Assembly (NCBI GenBank): GCA_047972125.1
Contig: JBKEAK010000208.1
Span: forward strand, 1,543-65,542
Direction: 5' to 3'
DNA from: Halodesulfovibrio sp.
GTDB lineage: Bacteria > Desulfobacterota > Desulfovibrionia > Desulfovibrionales > Desulfovibrionaceae
DNA: 64,000 nt
A model generated the notes under the pieces. The model did not search any database. It was not told the DNA's origin and was given only the letters and a program-made list of their open reading frames with translations. The position numbers and the translations under genes are program-made. Below, in pieces: positions 1-8,653 of the stretch (within the stretch, counting starts at the first letter, position 1; each line of letters opens with the position of its first letter).

Positions 1-1
1 T

Positions 2-241
2 GCACTGGTTTTTGCCAGCGGACGCGGTCACAGAAACTGCCTGCTCAGGGGCACGGGCATTGCACTTTGCCCGCACATAGCCGTTGCAGAAGACCTGCAG
101 CAAAAAAGGCTGCACCGGCTGAACTGGCCTGCCGCCCCAAAGGAAACCGCCCTGCTCATGATACGCCACGTGGACAAGTGGTGCTCGCCCCTGCTGGCAG
201 ATTTTCTTGCCCTGACCCAAAAACACGTCCGGGGCGCATAG
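2..241 (+). CDS. 3' end of a gene entering from upstream of the window; the tail resembles the C-terminus of LysR-type regulators
   Basis: Frame 2 is open from the window edge to TAG at 239-241. The translation ends ...ETALLMIRHVDKWCSPLLADFLALTQKHVRGA, codons are GC3-rich, and a hairpin terminator follows. The family call rests on resemblance only. Confidence 0.3.
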   Translation, partial: ALVFASGRGHRNCLLRGTGIALCPHIAVAEDLQQKRLHRLNWPAAPKETALLMIRHVDKWCSPLLADFLALTQKHVRGA

Positions 242-263
242 GTGGCAAGATTCACATCTTCAT

Positions 264-297
264 AAAAAAAGCCCCCTCAAACATGAGAGGGCTTTTT
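264..297. terminator. Bidirectional rho-independent terminator hairpin
   Basis: A-run 264-270, stem gccccctc (271-278) pairing with gagagggc (285-292, one mismatch), T-run 293-297. It lies between convergent genes. Confidence 0.6.
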
Positions 298-318
298 CAT
301 GCCAAATTTAAGGACACG

Positions 319-936
319 TTACACACGCTCAGCAAGTATCTCCGCAGAATAGTTCACTAGCGCGGCCAGTTTTTCTGCCTGTTCCCCCTTCAGTTGGACA
401 AAACAGCCGCCCACGGCCACCACTTCGCGCTTCTGGTGCAGATGGCGCGGGCTGAAGCGATAGGTTTGCACGCCGGGGTCTGCATCATCTTCCTGCTTTT
501 GCATTTCCTTGGGCAGCTTGAAAAAGAGATAGGTCTCCATATCGCGGAACTCCTCTATCCCCACAGGCACGGCGCTCACGTCGCCCCCGGTGAGTTCGAG
601 AAAGGCCCCGAAATGGGATACATTGCGCATGATGCCTGTCACGCGTCTGCCCCGTATGCCGCCCACGGCGAGCACTATGGGAATCTGCACCACAAAGCGG
701 TCGTCCCGCCTGTCCTGACATTCCATCTTCTTCAGAATGCGGCTTTTGCGCAGATCTTCGCCGTAGACAAACATGGTGCTGCTGTTGCTGTTCCACATCA
801 CAAGGGCGTCTTCAGGCGTGTCTGTGCGCGGCCCTGCCTTTTCGCACTGCTCGCACGAGACAAAATAATACACCCCGTCATATTGCAAATGCACCACTCT
901 GCCCCCACAGCCGGTGCACGGTTTCGGCAATTCCAT
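319..936 (-). CDS. PilZ-domain (c-di-GMP-binding type) protein with an N-terminal Cys4 zinc-ribbon
   Basis: ATG at 936 is preceded by GGAGG. The N-terminus carries CTGCGG...CEQCE (a Lar-like zinc ribbon). PilZ signatures are RRDDR (RxxxR) and NVSHFG (D/NxSxxG). Confidence 0.7.
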   Translation of the reverse strand: MELPKPCTGCGGRVVHLQYDGVYYFVSCEQCEKAGPRTDTPEDALVMWNSNSSTMFVYGEDLRKSRILKKMECQDRRDDRFVVQIPIVLAVGGIRGRRVTGIMRNVSHFGAFLELTGGDVSAVPVGIEEFRDMETYLFFKLPKEMQKQEDDADPGVQTYRFSPRHLHQKREVVAVGGCFVQLKGEQAEKLAALVNYSAEILAERV

Positions 937-1070
937 GATCCCCAATCCTCCAGTGGCAAACGTAAACCCAAAAAACAACTCTGATATTCATAGTAAGCAT
1001 AAGTCCGTACGCTTTCCACTATTATCATGCATGGGTTGTACTTTGCCGGACGAATGGCTACAACCCGCTC

Positions 1071-2177
1071 ATGCTGCACCAACACGACCATTCCGCCTTT
1101 TCGGCAACGCTGCTCGACTGGTTCGATGCCCACAAGCGCCCGCTTCCGTGGCGCACGGACTACCAGCCCTACCATGTCTGGATATCAGAAATAATGCTCC
1201 AGCAAACCCAGATGGAACGGGGCGTGGACTACTTTCTGCGCTGGACGGACCGCCTGCCGGATATTGCCGCTGTCGCCGCAGCAAGCGAAGACGAGGTGCT
1301 CAAACTGTGGGAGGGCCTTGGCTACTACTCCCGCGTGCGCAACCTGCACAAAGCGGCCCGCATCATCATGGAACAGCACGGAGGCGTTTTCCCCGACGAT
1401 ATCGCCAGCATACGTGCCCTGCCCGGCATAGGCGACTATACGGCCGGGGCCATTGCCTCCATTGCCTTCGGGCAGGATGTGGTGTGCGTTGACGCCAATG
1501 TGGAACGGGTTATCGCACGGGTCTGCGACATGGATTCCCCGGTGAAGCAGAAGGAGAACATGGCCTTTATCCGCGCAACAGCGGAATCACTGCTGCCCTC
1601 GGGCAAGGCACGGGAATTCAATCAGGCCATGATGGAACTTGGCGCGCTTGTCTGCTCCAAGAAGGCGCGATGCGAAGCATGCCCCGTCAGCCGCTGGTGC
1701 GAGGCGCTGCATCTGGGCATAGTGCACGAACGGCCTGTTCCTGTGCCACGCAAGCCCATAACCCATCTGGACGTGGCCACCGGCCTGCTTGTACGCGATG
1801 GCCGCATTTTCATCCAGAAGCGCCCGGAGCACGGTGTCTGGGCTGGATTCTGGGAATTCCCCGGCGGCTGCGTGGAACAGGGTGAGCACCCGAGCGAAAC
1901 CGTGGTGCGCGAATTCATGGAAGAAATGGAATTCGCCGTCACCCCCATAGACAAGATCACCGTCATCAACCACGGCTACACCACCTACCGGGTCTCGCTG
2001 CACTGCTATTTTCTCAAACTCGACGAGGGAGACGGCACCCCGGTGCTGCATGCCGCAACGGAATACCGCTGGGTGCGATTCGACGAGCTGGACAACTACA
2101 CCCTGCCTGCAGGACACCGCAAACTGGCTGACGTGCTTGCAACCGACCTGCGCATGGCCGCCCTGCTCAAGGCCTGA
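1071..2177 (+). CDS. mutY: A/G-specific adenine DNA glycosylase MutY
   Basis: HhH-GPD motifs (PWR...PYHVWISEIMLQQTQ), a 4Fe-4S Cys cluster (CSKKARCEACPVSRWC) and a C-terminal NUDIX-like domain. Confidence 0.9.
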   Translation: MLHQHDHSAFSATLLDWFDAHKRPLPWRTDYQPYHVWISEIMLQQTQMERGVDYFLRWTDRLPDIAAVAAASEDEVLKLWEGLGYYSRVRNLHKAARIIMEQHGGVFPDDIASIRALPGIGDYTAGAIASIAFGQDVVCVDANVERVIARVCDMDSPVKQKENMAFIRATAESLLPSGKAREFNQAMMELGALVCSKKARCEACPVSRWCEALHLGIVHERPVPVPRKPITHLDVATGLLVRDGRIFIQKRPEHGVWAGFWEFPGGCVEQGEHPSETVVREFMEEMEFAVTPIDKITVINHGYTTYRVSLHCYFLKLDEGDGTPVLHAATEYRWVRFDELDNYTLPAGHRKLADVLATDLRMAALLKA

Positions 2178-2400
2178 GTTCCCTATTTCACCTGATATCA
2201 TCTGAAGAGCAGGCCAACTCACCAAGCTGCCCCATGCAGGTTAATGACAACCTCTCGTTTTCAGTAAAACCACGTTCACATCAAGCCAAAACTGAGGTTA
2301 AAAAAACGGGGTTTCATCGCTTATACGAGGTGCAGGAACGTTAGGTTCCTGCCCGGCGGAGCCAAGAAATACCAAGAACGACTTTGTCCGCAGTCTAAAT

Positions 2401-2431
2401 GGGGCAGCGCATCATAATGACGCGCTGCCCC
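2401..2431. terminator. GC-rich hairpin between convergent genes; possible terminator
   Basis: ggggcagcgc (2401-2410) pairs with gcgctgcccc (2422-2431). The flanking U-runs are weak. Confidence 0.35.
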
Positions 2432-2492
2432 ATGTTCATTGCACGCTTAACAGCAAAGACAGACGGCTGGCCTGTCCAACCGGATACCACCC

Positions 2493-3920
2493 CTAGCTTA
2501 TGGGCCGGATATCAATGGTGGGGTACAATCCTTCGGCTTCACCGTCTGCGTAAGGCTGGATGATGTTGAAGGTCAGGTACTTCATGTTCTGGGCATGGCC
2601 TTTGCCCTTGTCGTGCCCGTCCCAGTAAGCCCCGTTTTCCTGCAGGATATGCTCGATACGCTCGCGGAACCCGCGCACGAAATCGCCCGTATCGCCACGG
2701 AAGCACATGCGGCCTATCTGCACATCCCCGCTGCCGGAAGCAAACTCGTCAAGGTCCACGGTCTGCGTGGCAAGGTCCGCCCCGTTTCTGATGTGTCCCC
2801 ACACCAGCCGGTTGGCGGGAATATGCAGCGGCTCCTCAAGATCGATGATGGTGTGCGGCATGATGATACAGTTCTTGCCCACCGTCAGAGGTGCCTCTTC
2901 GGTGCCGCGCAGGAAGCTGTTAAAGCCGACAAAGACCTTTTCTTCAAGCCGCGCGCCCACGATTTTCGCTCCATGCGCCGCAACACAGCAGGGACCGAGC
3001 ACGGAATCGATGACGTAGCACTTTTCCTGTGCGTTCGAGCCCTTGCTGATGACCGCGTTCTCCAGATAAGAGCGCTGGGCCACAAGCACGTTGCCCTCAA
3101 TGGTGGTATCGCCACGCTTCACGGCGTAACGGGAAACGAACGACCCCGGTCCGGCGGGATAATGCCCCTGCCGGGCAGAGGCGAACAGCCCCGCAAACGC
3201 GTCTTCGTACGGTTCGGCAAAATCTATGAACACCCCTTCGGGTGCCTCGCCTTCCTCATGCCGGATATATTTGTCCAGCACGGCAAGGTCATATTGGTAA
3301 TGGAACTCCCAGCTGCCCGGAGAACGCAGGAAGATGGTGCCGGGCTCAAACTTTTCGTGCCGCACCTCGCCTGCCTGAATGTAGGCAAAGTGCCCGATCA
3401 CGCAGTTGTGTACGGTGGTCAGGTCTATGGTGCCGAAGGTGCCGATGAAACTCCCCTCGGAAGGGGCTCCGTGGATATTGGCATACGGCATGGCCACGGT
3501 GTTGCGGATATGGAACTCTTCCGGTGATTCCGGCGAATGGGAATTGCTGTGTACAAGCGTGGTATCCAGAAAGCTGTTCCGGATGGTGATTATCTCGTCG
3601 TGGTACAGCGGAATGCTCACATCGCCTATCTGCCAGAGCTGGCCTTTCTTCTTCAGCTCATCACCACGGATATCGCTTCGCATGAGCACGGAGTGGCGCA
3701 CCTTGCAGCGTCCCAGAAAGTAGCTGCCCGAAAGGCTGGAGTTATTGAACTGCAGATGGATGGGGTGGTAGGTGCTCAGGCCGTAACAGGCAAACGAGCA
3801 GCCGCCATAACGGTATTCCGCCATAACGCGCACGTAGAGACGCACGTCGAAACCAAGGCCGCGCAGGTTCACGTTTACACGGTCGATGATACGGTCAAGC
3901 AACAGGGCAAAGAGTTTCAT
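2493..3920 (-). CDS. Hypothetical protein, possibly with a left-handed beta-helix / hexapeptide-repeat-like fold
   Basis: Long ORF with ATG 3920 preceded by AAGGAG. Repetitive short beta-strand-like segments (e.g. VIGHFAYIQAGEV, IEGNVLVAQRSYLENAVI) are present. No catalytic family was recognised. Confidence 0.3.
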   Translation of the reverse strand: MKLFALLLDRIIDRVNVNLRGLGFDVRLYVRVMAEYRYGGCSFACYGLSTYHPIHLQFNNSSLSGSYFLGRCKVRHSVLMRSDIRGDELKKKGQLWQIGDVSIPLYHDEIITIRNSFLDTTLVHSNSHSPESPEEFHIRNTVAMPYANIHGAPSEGSFIGTFGTIDLTTVHNCVIGHFAYIQAGEVRHEKFEPGTIFLRSPGSWEFHYQYDLAVLDKYIRHEEGEAPEGVFIDFAEPYEDAFAGLFASARQGHYPAGPGSFVSRYAVKRGDTTIEGNVLVAQRSYLENAVISKGSNAQEKCYVIDSVLGPCCVAAHGAKIVGARLEEKVFVGFNSFLRGTEEAPLTVGKNCIIMPHTIIDLEEPLHIPANRLVWGHIRNGADLATQTVDLDEFASGSGDVQIGRMCFRGDTGDFVRGFRERIEHILQENGAYWDGHDKGKGHAQNMKYLTFNIIQPYADGEAEGLYPTIDIRPIS

Positions 3921-4073
3921 GAGTTGCTTACTACTCCTTTCGGCATTGCGTCGTTCAGAGGAAGCCACACGCTGGGTGGTCGATCAATAGTGTAGTATAT
4001 CCGGTTTCCGGCCCGCGTCAACAAAACCCGTTTCACGCTCTCGCTTATGCGTGTGTTCACTGACATTACATAT

Positions 4074-4105
4074 AAAAAAGCCCCCGGAACCTGCGTTCCG
4101 GGGGC
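4074..4105 (-). terminator. Rho-independent terminator of the permease operon
   Basis: gcccccggaac (4080-4090) pairs with gttccgggggc (4095-4105). A-run 4075-4079 becomes the U-run on the minus strand. Confidence 0.75.
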
Positions 4106-4130
4106 CCATGGTACGGTAGTAGCGTTTGGC

Positions 4131-4565
4131 CTAGTGACCGCCGCCGCCAACCAGACCGGAGGCAGCGAGGGAAAGTACGAGAATTTCCGCAACTACAAAG
4201 AAGGTATAAGCCCTATCCTTGCAGCGCAGGTAGCCGGGAATAAGCACTGCGTAACAAACGATGGTAAGCAGTGCCAGCAGGGCGAGACCGAAGAAGTTCA
4301 TGTAGTCGCCCTTGCCCAGCAGTGCCACCCAGTTCCAGCCCTGAGGCGAGTTGGTGGCGGCAAGGTAATCGTTAATGCCGAGGTGCCAGTTGGCAACGAC
4401 GGTTTCAATCGGCACGTGGGGTTCAAACACACCCAGCACGTACATGACATAGGAAATGATCATCAGCAGCAGGCCGGTGTTTGCACCGATCTCCAGAATT
4501 CTCGCGTAAAGCTTCTGCTCCGGAGTAGCTTCGGTAGAAAGGCCGCAGGCTTGTTTTTCGCTCAT
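4131..4565 (-). CDS. Small polytopic membrane protein (DUF1634-like partner of TauE/SafE permeases)
   Basis: Three hydrophobic helices; it sits 12 nt downstream of the TauE-like gene on the same strand. The family call comes from the typical gene pairing. Confidence 0.45.
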   Translation of the reverse strand: MSEKQACGLSTEATPEQKLYARILEIGANTGLLLMIISYVMYVLGVFEPHVPIETVVANWHLGINDYLAATNSPQGWNWVALLGKGDYMNFFGLALLALLTIVCYAVLIPGYLRCKDRAYTFFVVAEILVLSLAASGLVGGGGH

Positions 4566-4577
4566 ATCATCCTCCCG

Positions 4578-5567
4578 TTAGCCCAGAATTCCCAGGCCAA
4601 GACCCTTGTCCAGAGCCTTGAAACCCGCAAAGAAGAGAACGCCGATAACCATGTAGCGGATGAAGGTCGGCTTTGCGATGGCAAGCAGACGCACACCCAC
4701 GAAGGAACCGGCCATCAGACCGATGATGGAAGGAATAGCCATCAGCGGAATAACGCAACCCTGGTTCAGATAAATCCATGCAGCGGAGGTATCCGTGATG
4801 GACAGGAGGAACTTGGAGGTTGCCACGGACACTTTCAGCGGAGCGCCCATGAGAAGGTTCAGAACGGGAATGTTTGCCCAACCTGCGCCCAGACCGAACA
4901 TACCGGCCATCAGACCGATGACGATGAAGAGCAGAAGGCCGGGAAGAGTGCGGTGCGTCTTCCAGTGGAATTCCTTGCCCGTGCCCTGATCCTTGTAGAT
5001 GCCTTCGATCCCGAGTGCGAGGCCGATTGCATCCTGCTTGGTCACGACAGGGTATTCGGAGTTCTTGGAGCAGAGCAGCAGCACTGCAATACCCATGATG
5101 GTAGCGCCAAGAGCGGTCTGAATGTAGCGCGGATCAAGCGCGGACAGATACAGACCGAGCATGGCACCGACAATGGCGCACGAAGACGCGATAAGCGCCA
5201 CCGGCAAGGCCAGCCGTAGACTGGCCAGATTGCGCTTGAGCAGGCCGGGACCGGCAGCCAGAGCGCCCGCCAGTGCTACCATAAGGCCGGCACCGCGCAC
5301 AAAGTCGATATGGAACGGGAAAAAGCCCGAAACCAGCGTCACGAACAGCACGCCGCCACCAACACCCGCGAGCACCGCAATGATGCCGAGGATGAAACAG
5401 AAGAACAGCAGCACAACAGGCCAGAACCACCACGGCTTGCCGTCTGCACCAGGCACGACGCCCGCATCAGCGGCAGCGGACGCCATGGCTGCCACAGGAG
5501 ATGCGAAGACAATCGCGCTCACCCAGAGGCAGAGATTGGTAAAGAGATTCAGAACAGTTTTCAGCAT
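4578..5567 (-). CDS. TauE/SafE-family anion (sulfite/organosulfonate-type) exporter permease
   Basis: Two-fold repeated polytopic protein with Gly-rich helices (GVGGGVLFV ... GLGAGWANIPVL) typical of TauE/SafE. Confidence 0.7.
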   Translation of the reverse strand: MLKTVLNLFTNLCLWVSAIVFASPVAAMASAAADAGVVPGADGKPWWFWPVVLLFFCFILGIIAVLAGVGGGVLFVTLVSGFFPFHIDFVRGAGLMVALAGALAAGPGLLKRNLASLRLALPVALIASSCAIVGAMLGLYLSALDPRYIQTALGATIMGIAVLLLCSKNSEYPVVTKQDAIGLALGIEGIYKDQGTGKEFHWKTHRTLPGLLLFIVIGLMAGMFGLGAGWANIPVLNLLMGAPLKVSVATSKFLLSITDTSAAWIYLNQGCVIPLMAIPSIIGLMAGSFVGVRLLAIAKPTFIRYMVIGVLFFAGFKALDKGLGLGILG

Positions 5568-5898
5568 GATTTCCTCACATGACTAAGTTGACCTCTAACC
5601 CAAGTCACTTACTACGTTTGTCCGGCCTAGATGAATGTGAAAAATATGTCAATATGAAACAGATACAACCAATAGAACCTATAGATAAAACCTATATAGT
5701 GGTTTCACAATGTTGCCACAAAATGAACAGCATAATAAATTCAGATAGTTAAAAACAAAAAACAGCCCCGCTGTTTTTACATTTTTGCAGTAAGGACGCA
5801 CTTACCTCCCAGACCTTCCGGAGAGCCTCAAAATTTTTTTCTTTGCTCTCAACCTGTTGCCCGACAATGGCTTCCGAAGATAATTTGCGACAGTATAA

Positions 5899-5942
5899 AG
5901 AAAAAAAGAGATTGTTCCATTTTGGAACAATCTCTTTTTTTC
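5899..5942. terminator. Bidirectional rho-independent terminator
   Basis: agagattgttcc (5907-5918) pairs with ggaacaatctct (5924-5935), flanked by an A7 run and a T6 run. It lies just downstream of the 6000-8651 gene. Confidence 0.8.
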
Positions 5943-5999
5943 TTGCCATTGCCTGACACATGAGGCGCCCACGCACCAAAGAGCCAGAATTACAGCCGG

Positions 6000-8651
6000 T
6001 TATTTGGGCACTATGGGATGGTGCGCAGACTCATACACCGTCAGTTCGCGAGTATGGCAGATGCAGTTGTTGCCTCTGCCAAGAGGACCGGCAAGCTGCT
6101 GATACTGCAGGGGAATGATGTTGCTGCGCAGTTTGCCGAAGGCATTTTCCGCCGGATACAGGGCATGGGTGGACCCGTGGCAGGCCTGACACATGATGGC
6201 CCCCATGTCGTCCTGTCGCTCGCTGTACAGCTCGGCAGGATCACCCGATGTCCATTTATGCGCCGCAGAAGAGTCCGCCGCAGGTGTGGTGAAGAAGTCG
6301 TGGCATACGGTGCAGTCAGGCTCGCTGACCCAGGGAGAACGGGCCTGCACGTCTTCGTAGGAATCCGCAACACGGGGCACAAGGTGCGTCATGAGCTTGT
6401 CCACACCGCGCTTGCCCAGCTCCTTTTCCTTCTTCAGCAGGCCAAGGGCGTGGTCTTCCAGCGTGCCGTGGCAGTTCACACAGGTAAGCCCCTTGGAGGC
6501 GTGCACACCGCGCATGCCCTGCGTAAAACTCGACCGGGCTGCGGGATGGCAGCTCTTGCAGCTGCGGTCGTCTTCCTCGCCAAGATAGTTCGCATGCCAG
6601 CCATGCACAGCGGCGGAGAAGCCGATAAGCCCTTCCTGCCCTTCAGTTCCCAGCTTGGGAGAGCCGTGGCAGCTCTGGCAGAGCACGGGGTTGCCACGGG
6701 CGGCACGCGCCACAAGGTCGGTTCTGTTGATCTTGTCATGTGCGGCGAGAATGTTGTCTGCCGTCACATCAGACATGCCGGTGCGGTTGGCCACGCGCCA
6801 GCCACCATCGTGGCAGTTGCGGCAGCCCCATTCCGTGGAAACGGGAACGGCAACCTGTGTCTCGGCCAGCAGTTCGCCGGACGAATCACGCGCCTCGACA
6901 ATGAGCAGCGGATAGGGATTGACGGAACCGTCGTTGCCATAGGGCAAGGCAGGCAGGCCATGCACCACAAATGCCCTGTGGGCCTCATCAGGCGCAAACT
7001 GCCCTTCCGGCCCTGAACCCGGTTCACCGCCGGGAGCCATGCCCACATTCGGGGGAACTTCCTTGCCGAACAGCGCTGCGGCATGGTCCCAGAAGGTCAC
7101 ATGCTTGGCGGGCGTTTCAAACCCCTTTTCCATGCGGTAGGAAAGCACGACACCGTCCGTCAGAATTTCCGGCGTGTCATCCCGCCGCAGCAGCTGGGCA
7201 CGCACGGTCACACCGGGCGGTTGCATGGTGAAACGGTCATTATTATCTGAAATGGTTGTCATGCCCATGGTTGCCCACGCCACCAGCACATATTCCGCTT
7301 CATGCCTGTTGAATGCAGGAATGATGGTTGCCAGTGCCTGCGGTGAAACAGAGGTACCCTCGGGCTCGCGCTTCTGAATGATGTCGGCAATATAGGTGGC
7401 AAGCGCCACGCGCTCTATTTCAGTGCCCAAGAAAGGCGGCATGAAATTGCGCAGGCGTCCCTGACCGGAAAGCTGAGCCTCAAGGCCCGTGCGGGTCAGC
7501 GCAGCCGTTTTCGTCTCGGCAGAGAGCATGGGGCCGCCAATGCTGTGGCAGGCCAGACACTGCAGGCGATAGAGTTCCTCACCGGCCTCTACCATGTTCT
7601 GCGGCGTCACCTCGCGCACCTTGACCCACTTGGCGTGCTGCAGCGCGCCTTCCTTGCGGATGAGTTCAGTCTCGGCCACCTTCACGGAGTTGGACCACGT
7701 GTGCCCGTGGATGAGATAAGGTCTGCGTCCGGCTTCACGTATCCATTCAAAAGTACCCATATGGGCCAGTCCGGCAAGCACGAGCACCCCGACAAGGGCA
7801 GCCCGGCACACCTTGGTGCGCATGTAGGCAACCGTCAGGCCGCCGAGAATGATGGCAGCGGTAAGGGGGAAGAACACCCGCACCAGTTGCGGAGTCTGGG
7901 CCGACTTCTGCAGAACCATGGTGAACTGCGGCTCGGGCAGGGCCATCAGATACCACACCCCGGCAGGCAGCATGAGCAGGAAGGGATAGCCAACCCACTG
8001 CACGGCGTAGCGCACCATGCGCTCGCGGGTGTGTTCTTCCTTGATGCGTATGGCCGTTACCAATGCAAACAACCCTGCTCCCATGAGGCAGATGGAGGTG
8101 CGCAGCGCAAGCGAGGGCCAGAAGGTGGGGTTGAAGAACCCGTCCCAGAACCGCTGGGTCTGCAACCATTCGCCCGGAGTGAGCATGGTGGTGATAATGC
8201 CGTTGATGACATACAGCGACATGAAGGCAAAACCGAAATAGAACCAGCCGATAACCATGTGATCGCGACGTGACATGTGGTTGAAGCGGTAGTGATACAG
8301 CAGCAGAGCCACAATTTCACACAGGAAGAACACCCACTCAATTGCCCAGCCGAAGCCGAAGGCATGCACCAATGTGGATGTTGCCGCAGGCGAAAGCAGC
8401 CCGATGGTGAACCATATGCCCACCCCGGTCATGCCGCCCGCCACCATGGTCAGCAGCAGAAAGAACTTGGTGTGCGCCTTGACGTAGTCGAGAATGCGGG
8501 AATCATTTTCCCTCACCGCCTTGCGCTCCGTCAGCACGAGGAAAAGGCCGCCGCCCACCGCAAAATGCGCGATGAAGACGTGGAACACCGCCACGCAGGC
8601 GATGATGAAGCCACCGGAAAACTCGGGAATCCACCATACTGGATATTCCAT
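6000..8651 (-). CDS. Fusion protein: cytochrome-bd-subunit-I-like polytopic membrane domain, monohaem cytochrome c module and multihaem cytochrome c domain
   Basis: The start was chosen at MEYPVWW (ATG 8649-8651), 2 nt after the upstream stop. The N-terminal region (FHVFIAHFAVGGG, GWAIEWVFFLCE) is CydA-like. There are seven CXXCH motifs (CLACH, CRNCH, CQSCH, CKSCH, CVNCH, CTVCH, CQACH) plus a terminal CICH. Confidence 0.7.
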   Translation of the reverse strand: MEYPVWWIPEFSGGFIIACVAVFHVFIAHFAVGGGLFLVLTERKAVRENDSRILDYVKAHTKFFLLLTMVAGGMTGVGIWFTIGLLSPAATSTLVHAFGFGWAIEWVFFLCEIVALLLYHYRFNHMSRRDHMVIGWFYFGFAFMSLYVINGIITTMLTPGEWLQTQRFWDGFFNPTFWPSLALRTSICLMGAGLFALVTAIRIKEEHTRERMVRYAVQWVGYPFLLMLPAGVWYLMALPEPQFTMVLQKSAQTPQLVRVFFPLTAAIILGGLTVAYMRTKVCRAALVGVLVLAGLAHMGTFEWIREAGRRPYLIHGHTWSNSVKVAETELIRKEGALQHAKWVKVREVTPQNMVEAGEELYRLQCLACHSIGGPMLSAETKTAALTRTGLEAQLSGQGRLRNFMPPFLGTEIERVALATYIADIIQKREPEGTSVSPQALATIIPAFNRHEAEYVLVAWATMGMTTISDNNDRFTMQPPGVTVRAQLLRRDDTPEILTDGVVLSYRMEKGFETPAKHVTFWDHAAALFGKEVPPNVGMAPGGEPGSGPEGQFAPDEAHRAFVVHGLPALPYGNDGSVNPYPLLIVEARDSSGELLAETQVAVPVSTEWGCRNCHDGGWRVANRTGMSDVTADNILAAHDKINRTDLVARAARGNPVLCQSCHGSPKLGTEGQEGLIGFSAAVHGWHANYLGEEDDRSCKSCHPAARSSFTQGMRGVHASKGLTCVNCHGTLEDHALGLLKKEKELGKRGVDKLMTHLVPRVADSYEDVQARSPWVSEPDCTVCHDFFTTPAADSSAAHKWTSGDPAELYSERQDDMGAIMCQACHGSTHALYPAENAFGKLRSNIIPLQYQQLAGPLGRGNNCICHTRELTVYESAHHPIVPK

Positions 8652-8653
8652 GA

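Noticed and set aside
4079-4105. Shared terminator stems were considered as a possible REP-like repeat family. AGCCCCCGGAAC occurs at 4079 and 36396, and GGCCGGAGC at 12759 and 19098.
   Set aside because: There are only two copies of each. Each sits exactly where an intrinsic terminator is expected, and the similarity is limited to 9-12 nt of GC-rich stem. That is insufficient to call a dispersed repeat family from this window alone.
5749-5979. A 76-aa minus-strand ORF in the AT-rich gap between the cytochrome module and the TauE-like gene.
   Set aside because: It spans the bidirectional terminator hairpin (5907-5935), has no RBS, and its sequence is Lys/Phe-rich as expected from AT-rich non-coding DNA.
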